Assembly (NCBI GenBank): GCA_001799735.1
Contig: MGUA01000006.1
Coordinates: 13,733 to 77,732 of the forward strand
DNA from: Elusimicrobia bacterium GWB2_63_22
Lineage (GTDB): Bacteria > Elusimicrobiota > Elusimicrobia > Elusimicrobiales > UBA9959
Direction of reading: 5' to 3'
Length of the DNA stretch: 64,000 bases
Part shown: positions 17,163 through 27,672 of the stretch, one piece after another
How the letters are laid out: each line of letters begins with the position of its first letter
Numbering within the stretch: position 1 is the stretch's first letter
Position numbers and translations under genes: made by a program
The notes under the pieces: generated by a model
Seen by the model: only the letters and a program-made list of their open reading frames with translations
What the model was told of the DNA's origin: nothing
Database searches by the model: none

Positions 17163-19739
17163 CTACTTCAGGCGCTGCTTCCAGCCGGTTATGGCCGACA
17201 GGGCCTGCAGGGGGGTCATGTTGTCTATGTCGCACCCTTTAACCTCGTCGAGCACCGGGTGGCCGGAGAAGAGGGGGAACAGCGGGGTCTGGTCGGTCTC
17301 CTGGGCGGCCACCTGGATGTCGCCCTTGGTCTCCAGCGTGTGCAGGATCTCCCGCGCGCGCTGTATAGCAGCGTCCGGCAGGCCCGCCAGCTGGGCCACG
17401 TGGATGCCGTAGGACTTGTCGGCCGGGCCGGGCGCTATCTTGTGCAGGAAGACCACCTCGGTCTTGCCCACGGCGTTGGTCCATTCCTTCACCGCGATAT
17501 TGAAGTTCTTGATGCCGGCGAACTTCTCTGGCAGCTCGGTCAGTTCGAAATAATGGGTGGCGAACAGCACCTTGGGGCCGCCCTCGGCCTTGTAGAGGTG
17601 CTCCACCACCGCCCAGGCGATGGAGATGCCGTCAAAAGTGGAAGTGCCGCGGCCCACCTCGTCGAGGAGGATGAGGCTGCGCGGGGTGGCCAGGCGCATG
17701 ATGGCGGAGGTCTCGCGCATCTCCACCATGAAGGTGGATTCGCCGCGGGACATGCGGTCCTGCGCGCCGATGCGCGTCATGATGCGGTCCACCACGCCCA
17801 CCTCGGCGGCCCGCGCGGGCACGAAGGCGCCCATCTGGGCCATGATCACCACCACGGCCGCCTGGCGCAGGTACACGCTCTTGCCGCTCATGTTGGGGCC
17901 GGTGAGGATAATGACGCTGGAATCTTCGCCGCCAAGCTCCAGGTCGTTGGGAACAAAGGTGCCGGCCGGCAGGAAGCGCTCCACGGCGGGGTGGCGGCCT
18001 TCCTCCACCTTCAGCAGGGAGCCGGCGGTAATGCGGGGCCGGGAGAATTCGTAGCGCACGGCGCCCTCGGCCAGCGCATAGAACACATCCAGCTCGGCGG
18101 CGCCGCTGGCGAAGGTCTTGATCTCGCCCAGGGAGGCCCGCACCTTCTCGCGCAGCATGCCGAAGAGGTGGTTTTCCAGCTTGGACATCTTCTCTTCCGC
18201 GCCGAGGATCTTGTTCTCCAGGACCTTCAGCTCCTCGGTGATATAGCGCTCGGCGTTGACCAGCGTCTGCTTGCGCACGAAATAGTGCGGCACCTTCTGG
18301 GACTGCGCCTTGGAAACCTCGATGTAGTAGCCGAACACGCTGTTAAAGCCGACCTTCAGCGTCGGGATGCCGGTCTTCTCTTTCTCGCGCAGCTCTATCT
18401 CGTCGAGCAGCTTCTGGCTGTCGCGGCGCACCGCGCGCAGCTCGTCCAGGGCGGAATCGTAACCCTGGCGGATCACGCCGCCGTCGGACAGCCGGGCCGG
18501 CGGGACCTCCGCCAGCGCCTTCTCCAGCTCGGCGCGCAGGGCGTTAAGCGCGTGCGACACGCCGTCCAGGCGCGAGGCCAGCTCGGGCGCGCACTCGAAG
18601 AAACCGGCTGAGCTCAGGAGCAGTTTCAGGCGGGGCAGCTGCCCCAGGGCCTTGCGCACGGCGCCGAGGTCGCGCGGCGAGGCGGAAAGGTTGATGACGC
18701 GGCCGAGCAGGCGCTCTATATCGGGCACCTGGGACATGATCTCGCCCAGCTGCTCGCGGGCCTCGCGGTTCTCGGCGAGGAAAGCGGTAAAGGCCTGGCG
18801 CGACTGGATGGCGCTGATGTCGCAGAGCGGCTCCAGGATCCAGCGCTTCAGCAGGCGCGAGCCCATGGAGGTGCCGCAGAGGTCCAGCACGCCCCAGAGG
18901 GTCTTCTTGTCTTCGCCTTCGGGCGAGGAGACCAGCTCCAGCGTCTTGATGGCGGATTCGTCGAGCTGCAGGCGGTTGCCCGGCTCGTAATAGGCGGGGG
19001 AGAAGACTTCTTTGAGGCCCGGCTGGGTCTGGCGCACGTAGGAGACTACCTTCAGCGCGGTCTTCATGGCGAGCTTATGGTTCTGCCAGACGCTCTGGGC
19101 GGCCCAGGCCGGGTGGGCGGCGTCGGCGCGGGTATACTCGGTCAGCACGGCCGAGCCGAGGCCGAGCCCGCGCTTCTGGATCTCTTTGACCGTGCGGCTG
19201 TCGGAGATGATCTCGGCCGGGGCGGTCTTGGAGAGAAAGGACATCAACTGGTATAGGTCGGGGTCGTTGAGGTTCTGCGTGGCCAGGAAGTCGCCGGTGG
19301 AGGCGTCGAAAGAGGACAGGCCCCACCCGACGATGTCGATGTCGAGGGCCACCAGGTAGTTGGAGGAGCGCGGCTGCAGCAGCTCGTCCTCCACCACGGT
19401 GCCGGGGGTGATCAGGCGCACCACTTCGCGCTTGAAAAGCTTGGTCTTCCTGGCCTCGCCGTCGGCGGGGCCGGTCTGCTCGCAGATGGCCACCTTGTGC
19501 CCGGCGGCCAGCAGGCGGGAAATATAGTTGGAGGCGGAATGGTGCGGCACGCCGCACATGGGCACGGCCTGGCGGGCGGTAAGGGTGAGGCCCAGTTCGG
19601 CGCTGGCGGCCTTGGCGTCGTCGAAGAACAGCTCGTAAAAGTCGCCCAGGCGGAAGAACAGCAGAGCGTGGGGGTAGGCGCTCTTGAGCGTTTGGTACTG
19701 CTGCATCAGCGGGGTCTCTGGGGTTTCAACCTGGGGCAT
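17163..19739 (-). CDS. mutS: DNA mismatch repair protein MutS
   Basis: TPLMQQY, FFRLGDFYELF, TGPNMSGKS, DEVGRGTST, SYGIHVAQLAG. Confidence 0.98.
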   Translation of the reverse strand: MPQVETPETPLMQQYQTLKSAYPHALLFFRLGDFYELFFDDAKAASAELGLTLTARQAVPMCGVPHHSASNYISRLLAAGHKVAICEQTGPADGEARKTKLFKREVVRLITPGTVVEDELLQPRSSNYLVALDIDIVGWGLSSFDASTGDFLATQNLNDPDLYQLMSFLSKTAPAEIISDSRTVKEIQKRGLGLGSAVLTEYTRADAAHPAWAAQSVWQNHKLAMKTALKVVSYVRQTQPGLKEVFSPAYYEPGNRLQLDESAIKTLELVSSPEGEDKKTLWGVLDLCGTSMGSRLLKRWILEPLCDISAIQSRQAFTAFLAENREAREQLGEIMSQVPDIERLLGRVINLSASPRDLGAVRKALGQLPRLKLLLSSAGFFECAPELASRLDGVSHALNALRAELEKALAEVPPARLSDGGVIRQGYDSALDELRAVRRDSQKLLDEIELREKEKTGIPTLKVGFNSVFGYYIEVSKAQSQKVPHYFVRKQTLVNAERYITEELKVLENKILGAEEKMSKLENHLFGMLREKVRASLGEIKTFASGAAELDVFYALAEGAVRYEFSRPRITAGSLLKVEEGRHPAVERFLPAGTFVPNDLELGGEDSSVIILTGPNMSGKSVYLRQAAVVVIMAQMGAFVPARAAEVGVVDRIMTRIGAQDRMSRGESTFMVEMRETSAIMRLATPRSLILLDEVGRGTSTFDGISIAWAVVEHLYKAEGGPKVLFATHYFELTELPEKFAGIKNFNIAVKEWTNAVGKTEVVFLHKIAPGPADKSYGIHVAQLAGLPDAAIQRAREILHTLETKGDIQVAAQETDQTPLFPLFSGHPVLDEVKGCDIDNMTPLQALSAITGWKQRLK

Positions 19740-19761
19740 AATAGGGCCTTAATTCCGGATT

Positions 19762-20739
19762 TTACTTCGTATATTGTATCAAAAGCTCTTCGGCCTCTTT
19801 AAGGGTTTTCAACTTCATGAAAGCGCCCCTGGCGGCGGAGGCGTTGGGCAGGCCTTTGAGCCAGAAGCCTACCAGTTTGCGGGCGCGCGTCAGGCCGTGC
19901 TCCTCGCCGTAGATGCCGGCATTGAGTTCCAGGAAGCGCAGGAACAAGCGCATCCTGGCGCCGGAGTCCGGCTCGGGCAGCCGGCCGCCGGAAAGTCCCG
20001 CGGCGATTTCGGCGAACACCGAGGGATTGAATACCGCGGCCCGCCCCACGGCCACCCCGGCGCAGCCGGCCTCCAGCAGGGCCCTGGCCCCGTCGGCGTT
20101 CTCCACGCCGCCGTTGCCGAAAACGGGGATCTTAACGGCCGCGGCTGTGGCGGCCATGGCCTCCAGGTCCACCGGGCCGGTATGGAACTGCGAAGCCGGC
20201 CGGCCGTGCAGGGTTATGGCCGAGGCGCCGGCCTCCTCCGCCACCCGGGCGAGCAGGGGGCCGAGGTTCTCGCCGGCCTCCAGCCCCACGCGGAATTTAA
20301 CGGTGACCGGCACCTTCACGCATTTGACCGCCCTGGAGATCAGGTCGGCCAGCAGCAGCGGGGTCCGCATCAGCTCGGCGCCGGCGCCGGAGCGCCGCAC
20401 CTTCCTGACGGGGCAGCCGGCGTTTATATCCACCGCGTCCGCACCGGCCCTTTCGGCCGCCTGCGCGGCCAGCGCCATGGAGGCCGGGTCCGCGCCGAAG
20501 AGCTGTATGGCCGCGGGGTGCTCGCCGGGCAGCAGCTCGAGCATTTTAAAGGATTTCTTGTTGCCGTATTTCAGGCTTTCGGCCGAGACCATCTCGGTGA
20601 CCACCAGCCCGGCCCCGCCGCCGGAGGCCAGGATGCGGAAAGCGGCGTTGGTGATGCCGGCCATCGGGGCCAGCGCTAGGTTGTTTTTGAGCAGCAGCCC
20701 GCCGACCGCGACCGGGCGCAGGAGCGGTTCCGTAGTCAC
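19762..20739 (-). CDS. dusB: tRNA-dihydrouridine synthase (DusB-like)
   Basis: LAPMAG, IQLFG, DINAGCP, LHGR, GNGG; GTG start overlapping the upstream TGA (GTGA). Confidence 0.88.
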   Translation of the reverse strand: MTTEPLLRPVAVGGLLLKNNLALAPMAGITNAAFRILASGGGAGLVVTEMVSAESLKYGNKKSFKMLELLPGEHPAAIQLFGADPASMALAAQAAERAGADAVDINAGCPVRKVRRSGAGAELMRTPLLLADLISRAVKCVKVPVTVKFRVGLEAGENLGPLLARVAEEAGASAITLHGRPASQFHTGPVDLEAMAATAAAVKIPVFGNGGVENADGARALLEAGCAGVAVGRAAVFNPSVFAEIAAGLSGGRLPEPDSGARMRLFLRFLELNAGIYGEEHGLTRARKLVGFWLKGLPNASAARGAFMKLKTLKEAEELLIQYTK

Positions 20740-21503
20740 GGTTTCAGGGCGTAGTTGCCGTCGTGGGAGTTGGTGAAGTCGCGCGGGGCGCGGCGGAAGA
20801 GCGGGTTGGTCTCCCGCTTCGGGGCGCCGATCTTCCTGAGCACTTCCAGCTGAAAAGCGGAGGCTTTGTCCTCCATGTAAAGGATCGCGTCCAGTCCCTT
20901 GTAGTCCAGGCGGGCCGGGTTGATGTCGAGCACGCGCTCGTCCTTCTCGCCGGGCAGCGGGGGCAGGGCCCGGGCTTTCCTGTTCCTGGCCATGGTGTAC
21001 CAGGAATGCCAGGCCTGGTGGGCGAGGATCCCGGCGCACCAGGTGAGCGAGCGGAAGGCGTGGTCGTTTGAAATGGCGGCCACCGGGCGGCCTCCCTCCA
21101 TGTAGAAATCGGTCTTGTTCTCGTTGCGGATGACGTGCAGCTGCTTTTTCAGGAAGAGGAAGGTTTCCCTGTCGGACATCCAGACCAGTTTCAGCGCGTG
21201 GGTGACCTGGCTTTTAAATTCCACGGGGCCCTGGATGTCTATGCCGGCGCGCGGGTCGTAGGCTTCGGGCAGCCTGGCGGCGGCCACCCCGGACTGCCCC
21301 GGCGCGGAGGCCTCGGCGGCGGCTTTTTCTTCTTTAGGCGAAGCCGTGCCGAAGATGCCGGCCGACGGGACCTGCGCCTCGCCGCGCTGCGGATGCAGGC
21401 GGCCGTTCACGTAATACCACACCCCCGCGCCCATCAGCGCGAGCGGCAGGAAAGCCAGCACCTTGTGGGTGCGGAAGAAGCTTTTATGTTCGGTTTCGGG
21501 CAT
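20736..21503 (-). CDS. Membrane-anchored hypothetical protein with HQxxH zincin-like motif
   Basis: N-terminal TM; WCAGILAHQAWHSWY followed by E..A..FQ. Confidence 0.65.
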   Translation of the reverse strand: MPETEHKSFFRTHKVLAFLPLALMGAGVWYYVNGRLHPQRGEAQVPSAGIFGTASPKEEKAAAEASAPGQSGVAAARLPEAYDPRAGIDIQGPVEFKSQVTHALKLVWMSDRETFLFLKKQLHVIRNENKTDFYMEGGRPVAAISNDHAFRSLTWCAGILAHQAWHSWYTMARNRKARALPPLPGEKDERVLDINPARLDYKGLDAILYMEDKASAFQLEVLRKIGAPKRETNPLFRRAPRDFTNSHDGNYALKP

Positions 21504-21506
21504 GGT

Positions 21507-21609
21507 GGGGTCAGGTCTTGAATCTTGACCTAGCCTGCATTGCGGACCGGGCCGCAGAAGCGGCCCGTAGCGGATCACCTCCGGGGGTCAAGATTCAAGA
21601 CCTGACCCC
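21507..21609. repeat. 103-bp miniature inverted-repeat element (MITE/REP-like) with 24-bp perfect terminal IRs
   Basis: GGGGTCAGGTCTTGAATCTTGACC (21507-21530) and its exact reverse complement (21586-21609); internal 8-bp hairpin at 21548-21567. Confidence 0.75.
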
Positions 21610-21621
21610 CGTTAGGCGAAG

Positions 21622-22023
21622 TTATTTCAGCTCTTTCAGGTACGACTTGTAGAAAGCCTGCAGTTCTACGGCGGGGTCCTGGAACTCCACCATATGCTTC
21701 TTGCAGCCGCGGCGCGAGCAGAACTGCACCTGGCCGCCGGCTTTCAGGTCGAAAGCGATCATCTGGGAGCCGCAGGCGTCGCACTTGCGGGTGCTCTTCA
21801 GGTCGGCCTTGCAGTGCGGGCAGCGGAAGCCGGCCACTTTGCCCATCGGCATGGGCAGGGCGGTCTCTACGAGGTAGCTGCCATAGAGGGAGCTCATGTA
21901 GAGCGGGGCGTGCTTGCCGGCGTAGGTAAGGTTGACCTCTATCGAGGAAACCTTGTCGAGCTTCTTGGCGGAATTCATAAGGGATTTGCCGCAGTGGGGG
22001 CATTTTACGGAAACGTTAAGCAT
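21622..22023 (-). CDS. Cys-rich metal-binding (zinc-ribbon-like) hypothetical protein
   Basis: CPHC, CPHC, CDAC, CSRRGCKKH; SD GGAGG. Confidence 0.75.
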   Translation of the reverse strand: MLNVSVKCPHCGKSLMNSAKKLDKVSSIEVNLTYAGKHAPLYMSSLYGSYLVETALPMPMGKVAGFRCPHCKADLKSTRKCDACGSQMIAFDLKAGGQVQFCSRRGCKKHMVEFQDPAVELQAFYKSYLKELK

Positions 22024-22093
22024 GGAACCTCCTGGGAACCTGAACCGGGCGGGCTGTAAGCCCGGCGGCCCCCATATATTACTAAATTATAGG

Positions 22094-24046
<1,953 letters not shown>

Positions 24047-24081
24047 AATGTAGTCCGCGGCCGCGCTGGAACCAAAACCGT

Positions 24082-25062
24082 TCAGTGGGCGCCGGTGGCG
24101 CGGCGCTGCTGCCTGTTAAGCGCGGGGCGCTTGGGCATCAGCGGGTTGGTGCCGGAAGAATCCACCTGCGCGGAATAGCCGCCGGCCTTGTAGAACACGG
24201 TCTCGCCGGCCGCCAGGCCGGAGACGATCTCCACCTGGTCGCCCTCGTTCTGGCCGGTCTCTATCACGGAATAAACCGGCTGGCCGGCCTTGAGTTCCTT
24301 TATCACCGCGGTGCGGCCCTGCGGGTCGGTCACCACGGCCACGGCGGGGATCAGGAGGATGTCCCTGCGCTCGGAGATCTTTATCTTTATGTTGGCCGTC
24401 ATCTGGGAGCGGAAGAACTCCGGCACGCGCTCGGGGCGCAGCTTGACGGTATAGGTCACCACGTTGCTCTTGGTGGTGCCCTCGTCGAGGATCTTGAACA
24501 CGGTGCCGCGCACCTTCTTGTCGGGGTAGGAGTCCAGCACGATGGAGGCCCGCTGGCCTTTCTTCACCTTGCCGATATCGGCCTCGTCGAGACTTGCCGA
24601 GACGATGAGCTTGTCGGAGATGGCGAACAGCACGGTATTGGCGCTCACGGTCTGGCCCTGCACGATGTTCTTGAGGATCAGGGTGCCGTCTATCGGGGAG
24701 ATGACCTTTATGGGCTTGTAGGTCTCCTGCCACTGCTTGTACTGGTCGTCCCCGGCGGCGCGCGCCGCGTCGAGGATAGCCACCCGGTCGGAAGAGCTCA
24801 TCAGCGCCAGCACCGTGCCGGCCTTTATCTTGTCGCCTTCCTCCACCAGGATCTCCTCTATGCGCCCCGAAGAGGAGGGCTGGATCTCCACCCGGTTCTC
24901 GGGCTCCACCACGCCGGTGGTGTCCACCAGTTCGGACAGGTCGCGCAGCTCGGCCTGCGCGGACTGGTAGACGGGCTTATCGTTGGCGCTCTTTTTTTTG
25001 AACGCGTACCAGCCGCCGCCCGCCAGGGCGGCTATAACGAGGAGGATGATGATTTTTTTCAT
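24082..25062 (-). CDS. macA: MacA-type periplasmic adaptor (membrane fusion protein)
   Basis: N-terminal anchor, SGRIEEILVEEGD, SPIDG, DEADIGKVKKGQ, VEIVSGL. Confidence 0.88.
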   Translation of the reverse strand: MKKIIILLVIAALAGGGWYAFKKKSANDKPVYQSAQAELRDLSELVDTTGVVEPENRVEIQPSSSGRIEEILVEEGDKIKAGTVLALMSSSDRVAILDAARAAGDDQYKQWQETYKPIKVISPIDGTLILKNIVQGQTVSANTVLFAISDKLIVSASLDEADIGKVKKGQRASIVLDSYPDKKVRGTVFKILDEGTTKSNVVTYTVKLRPERVPEFFRSQMTANIKIKISERRDILLIPAVAVVTDPQGRTAVIKELKAGQPVYSVIETGQNEGDQVEIVSGLAAGETVFYKAGGYSAQVDSSGTNPLMPKRPALNRQQRRATGAH

Positions 25063-25074
25063 AGTGTTTTACCC

Positions 25075-26343
25075 TTAGTCCTGCCGCTCCATGGGCACGC
25101 CGAGCAGCTGCTCCAGCGCGTTCTTGCGGCTGTGCGCGGTGCGCGCGTAGTCCAGCCCGTTCAGGTCCGAATCCACGAAATTCTGCTCCACGTTGACCAG
25201 GTCGATAAAGCTGATCTTGCCGGCCATGTATTTTATCTGCGCCTCTTTATAGCGCTCTTCGTTGGCCGCCAGCAGAGAGACCGAGGCCCGGGCGGTCTCG
25301 GCGGCGCTGAGGTAGCCGTCGTAGCCGGAGCGCAGCGAGGCGGCCAGCGCTATGCGCGCGGCCTTGTAGTCCTGCTCCGCCGCGGCCTGGGCCTTGCCGT
25401 AGGCGGCCAGGTTGTTGAAATGGTAGGTGGGGCCTCCGGAGAAGAGGGGCAGGCTGAGGCTCAGGCCCATGGACCAGTTCTTGTCCTGCGGAAACTCGGT
25501 GTCCCCGCTCCAGCCGTAGGAGCCGCTGGCCTTCAGCGACGGGTAGGCGTAATAGCGGGCCGAGTTTGCCCGCTCCCTGGCCGACTCCAGCGTCTTTTTG
25601 GCCGCCACCATGCGGGGGGATTTTTCCAGCGCCAGGGCCACGTCGGCCTCGGCCAGGGCGAACTCCGGCACGCTGATGTCTCCGGCGGCCGTCACGGCGC
25701 GGTTGCCTTCCAGGCCCATGGCCTCCAGCAGGGCGCGCTGCGCGCTGGCCAGGTCGCGCCCGGCCTTCTTGACGGAGACGGCCGCGCTCTCGGCCAGGGC
25801 CTCGGTGTAGAGGGCGTTGCCCTTGGATTCCATGCCGCTCTCGTACTTGAGGCGGATGAGCCGGGCGTTCTCCTGCCTGATGCCGTAGATCTTCTTCTGC
25901 ACCTCGGCCCTTTTCTGGGCGAACAGCAGGTCCGCGAAGGCGCCGGCCAGGGTCTGCCGGGCGGAAGCCGAGGCGGCCAGATAGTCCGCCTCCGCCTTCT
26001 CCCTGGAGAGGCGGCTGCTCTTCACCGTGGACACGGTCCTGAGGTTAAGCAGTTCCTGCGAGGCCGACAGCGAGGCGCTCCAGCGGTTGGAAGGAGAGGA
26101 GGTATCGCTCCCGCTGCGGGAAACCGAGTGGGAGGCGCTGACCTGCGGCAGGTAGGCGTTCACGCTGGCCAGGTAATTGTAGCCGGCCTGCTCCATAGAG
26201 GCCCGGGCCGCCTTCACGGAGGGGTTGTTCTCCATCGCCAGCCGGCGCGCCTGGTCCCAGGACAGGGTCAGGTCCTGCGCGGCCAGCGGAGCCGCGGCAG
26301 CCAGCGCCGCCGCCAGGGTAAGGACTAGTTTTTTAATGGTCAT
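25075..26343 (-). CDS. tolC: TolC-family outer-membrane efflux protein
   Basis: Signal peptide MTIKKLV...; AMENNP, YLPQVS, LSLPLFSG, YMAG..SFIDL; upstream of macAB. Confidence 0.88.
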   Translation of the reverse strand: MTIKKLVLTLAAALAAAAPLAAQDLTLSWDQARRLAMENNPSVKAARASMEQAGYNYLASVNAYLPQVSASHSVSRSGSDTSSPSNRWSASLSASQELLNLRTVSTVKSSRLSREKAEADYLAASASARQTLAGAFADLLFAQKRAEVQKKIYGIRQENARLIRLKYESGMESKGNALYTEALAESAAVSVKKAGRDLASAQRALLEAMGLEGNRAVTAAGDISVPEFALAEADVALALEKSPRMVAAKKTLESARERANSARYYAYPSLKASGSYGWSGDTEFPQDKNWSMGLSLSLPLFSGGPTYHFNNLAAYGKAQAAAEQDYKAARIALAASLRSGYDGYLSAAETARASVSLLAANEERYKEAQIKYMAGKISFIDLVNVEQNFVDSDLNGLDYARTAHSRKNALEQLLGVPMERQD

Positions 26344-26506
26344 AGGTTTTAAATACGGTCGCGTTCTATATGGCAACGCGCGGGAGGCCGGTTTTATTGC
26401 ATTTTTTTTACCGGTCGGTAAGTAATTATAGCCGTTGCCGCCCCTGCCGTCAATAAAAACGACCCGCCCGATACGCCGGGAGGGCCGTTCAGAAGTGTGG
26501 CGGCGT

Positions 26507-27664
26507 CTATTTCAGCTTTTCCTGGCCGGTAAAGCTGCGTTCCAGCCGGAAGCCGGCCAGTATTTCCTTATCCTCGGCCGAAGGGGAGCCGGCTATATGC
26601 GCGGCCACCGCCTCGCCCAGGCCGGGCCCCAGCATGAAGCCCTGGCCGCACATGCCCACGCTGAGCACGTAGCCTTTCAGGGCGGCGGGGAAATCCACCA
26701 CCGGGAAGCCGTCCGGGGTCATGGGGTACAGCCCGCGCCAGGTGCGGCGCACCTTCAGGTTGGCAAGGGCCGGCATCAGGCTGATCATGCGCTTGGACAC
26801 CTCGGGCAGGAACTCCGAGGTGGAGCGCCTGTCGTCGCCCCAGACCGGCGGCTGCGGGGTGAGGCAGAAGACGATCTGGCCTTCCCAGTTCTGGTAGAAG
26901 TAATAATTCTTGGACTTGTCGCCGGGGCGGATGTCCACCACCATCGGTTCGAAGAAGCGGTCCGCGGGCTCGGTGATGCCGGCCTCGTGGCAGTCGGGCT
27001 TCACCGGCACCTTTACTCCGGCCAGCTCCGACACGGCCGCGGCCTGCGCGCCGGCGGCGTTGACCACCCACTTGGCAGCGTAGAGGGCCTGCGGGGTGCG
27101 CACGCCCGTCACGACCCCGTTCTCGGAAAGTATCTCTTTGACCGGCTCCTTAAAATGGAACTCCGCGCCCAGTTTCACGGCGCGCCTGTAGAAGGCGTTG
27201 ACCGAGAGCAGCGGCGAGGCGGAGCCGTCGTCGGGGGACCAGGTGCCGCCGCGCAGGTCCTTGGCGGCTATGCCCGGCACCAGCGCCTTAACTTTCTCCG
27301 GGCCCACCCAGTCTATATTGAGGCCGAGGCCGCGCTGCACTTTCAGGAGCTCTTTCAAGACTTTCTCGTCGTTCTCGGTATAGACCGGGAACAGGTAGCC
27401 GCCCTTTATCCAGCCGATATCGTCGCCGTGGGTCCCCTCCCACGTGGCGAAGACCTTCAGGCTGCGCAGGCAGGCCTTTATCTTGGACGCGTCGGAATGG
27501 GTGGCCCGCAGGCCGCCGATGGCGCATTTGTTCTGGCCCTGGCCGGGGGAAGCCGCGGCCTCCAGCACCAGGGTCTTCAATTTCCGTTCGGCCAGCGCCA
27601 TCGCCAGCGGCGTGCCGATGCTGCCCGCGCCTATTATTATGACGTCGTAATTATTTTGGGCCAT
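26507..27664 (-). CDS. FAD-dependent oxidoreductase (sarcosine oxidase beta / dye-linked proline dehydrogenase beta-like)
   Basis: IIIGAGSIG, VVNAAG, RTWRGLYPMTPDG, GQGFMLGP; start at MAQNN after SD AAGGA. Confidence 0.85.
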   Translation of the reverse strand: MAQNNYDVIIIGAGSIGTPLAMALAERKLKTLVLEAAASPGQGQNKCAIGGLRATHSDASKIKACLRSLKVFATWEGTHGDDIGWIKGGYLFPVYTENDEKVLKELLKVQRGLGLNIDWVGPEKVKALVPGIAAKDLRGGTWSPDDGSASPLLSVNAFYRRAVKLGAEFHFKEPVKEILSENGVVTGVRTPQALYAAKWVVNAAGAQAAAVSELAGVKVPVKPDCHEAGITEPADRFFEPMVVDIRPGDKSKNYYFYQNWEGQIVFCLTPQPPVWGDDRRSTSEFLPEVSKRMISLMPALANLKVRRTWRGLYPMTPDGFPVVDFPAALKGYVLSVGMCGQGFMLGPGLGEAVAAHIAGSPSAEDKEILAGFRLERSFTGQEKLK

Positions 27665-27672
27665 ATATCCTT

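Noticed and set aside
19762..21039. Long N-terminal extensions in the ORF track (dus; also 3638-4744, 40443-41207, 41051-43156, 37435-38499)
   Set aside because: They overlap neighbouring real genes; coupled downstream starts fit the family lengths better
24085..26328. 747-aa plus-strand ORF (likewise 53079-55931, 59164-60804, 61660-63999, 49143-51191)
   Set aside because: Antisense shadows of well-supported genes, expected from high GC3; no recognisable motifs
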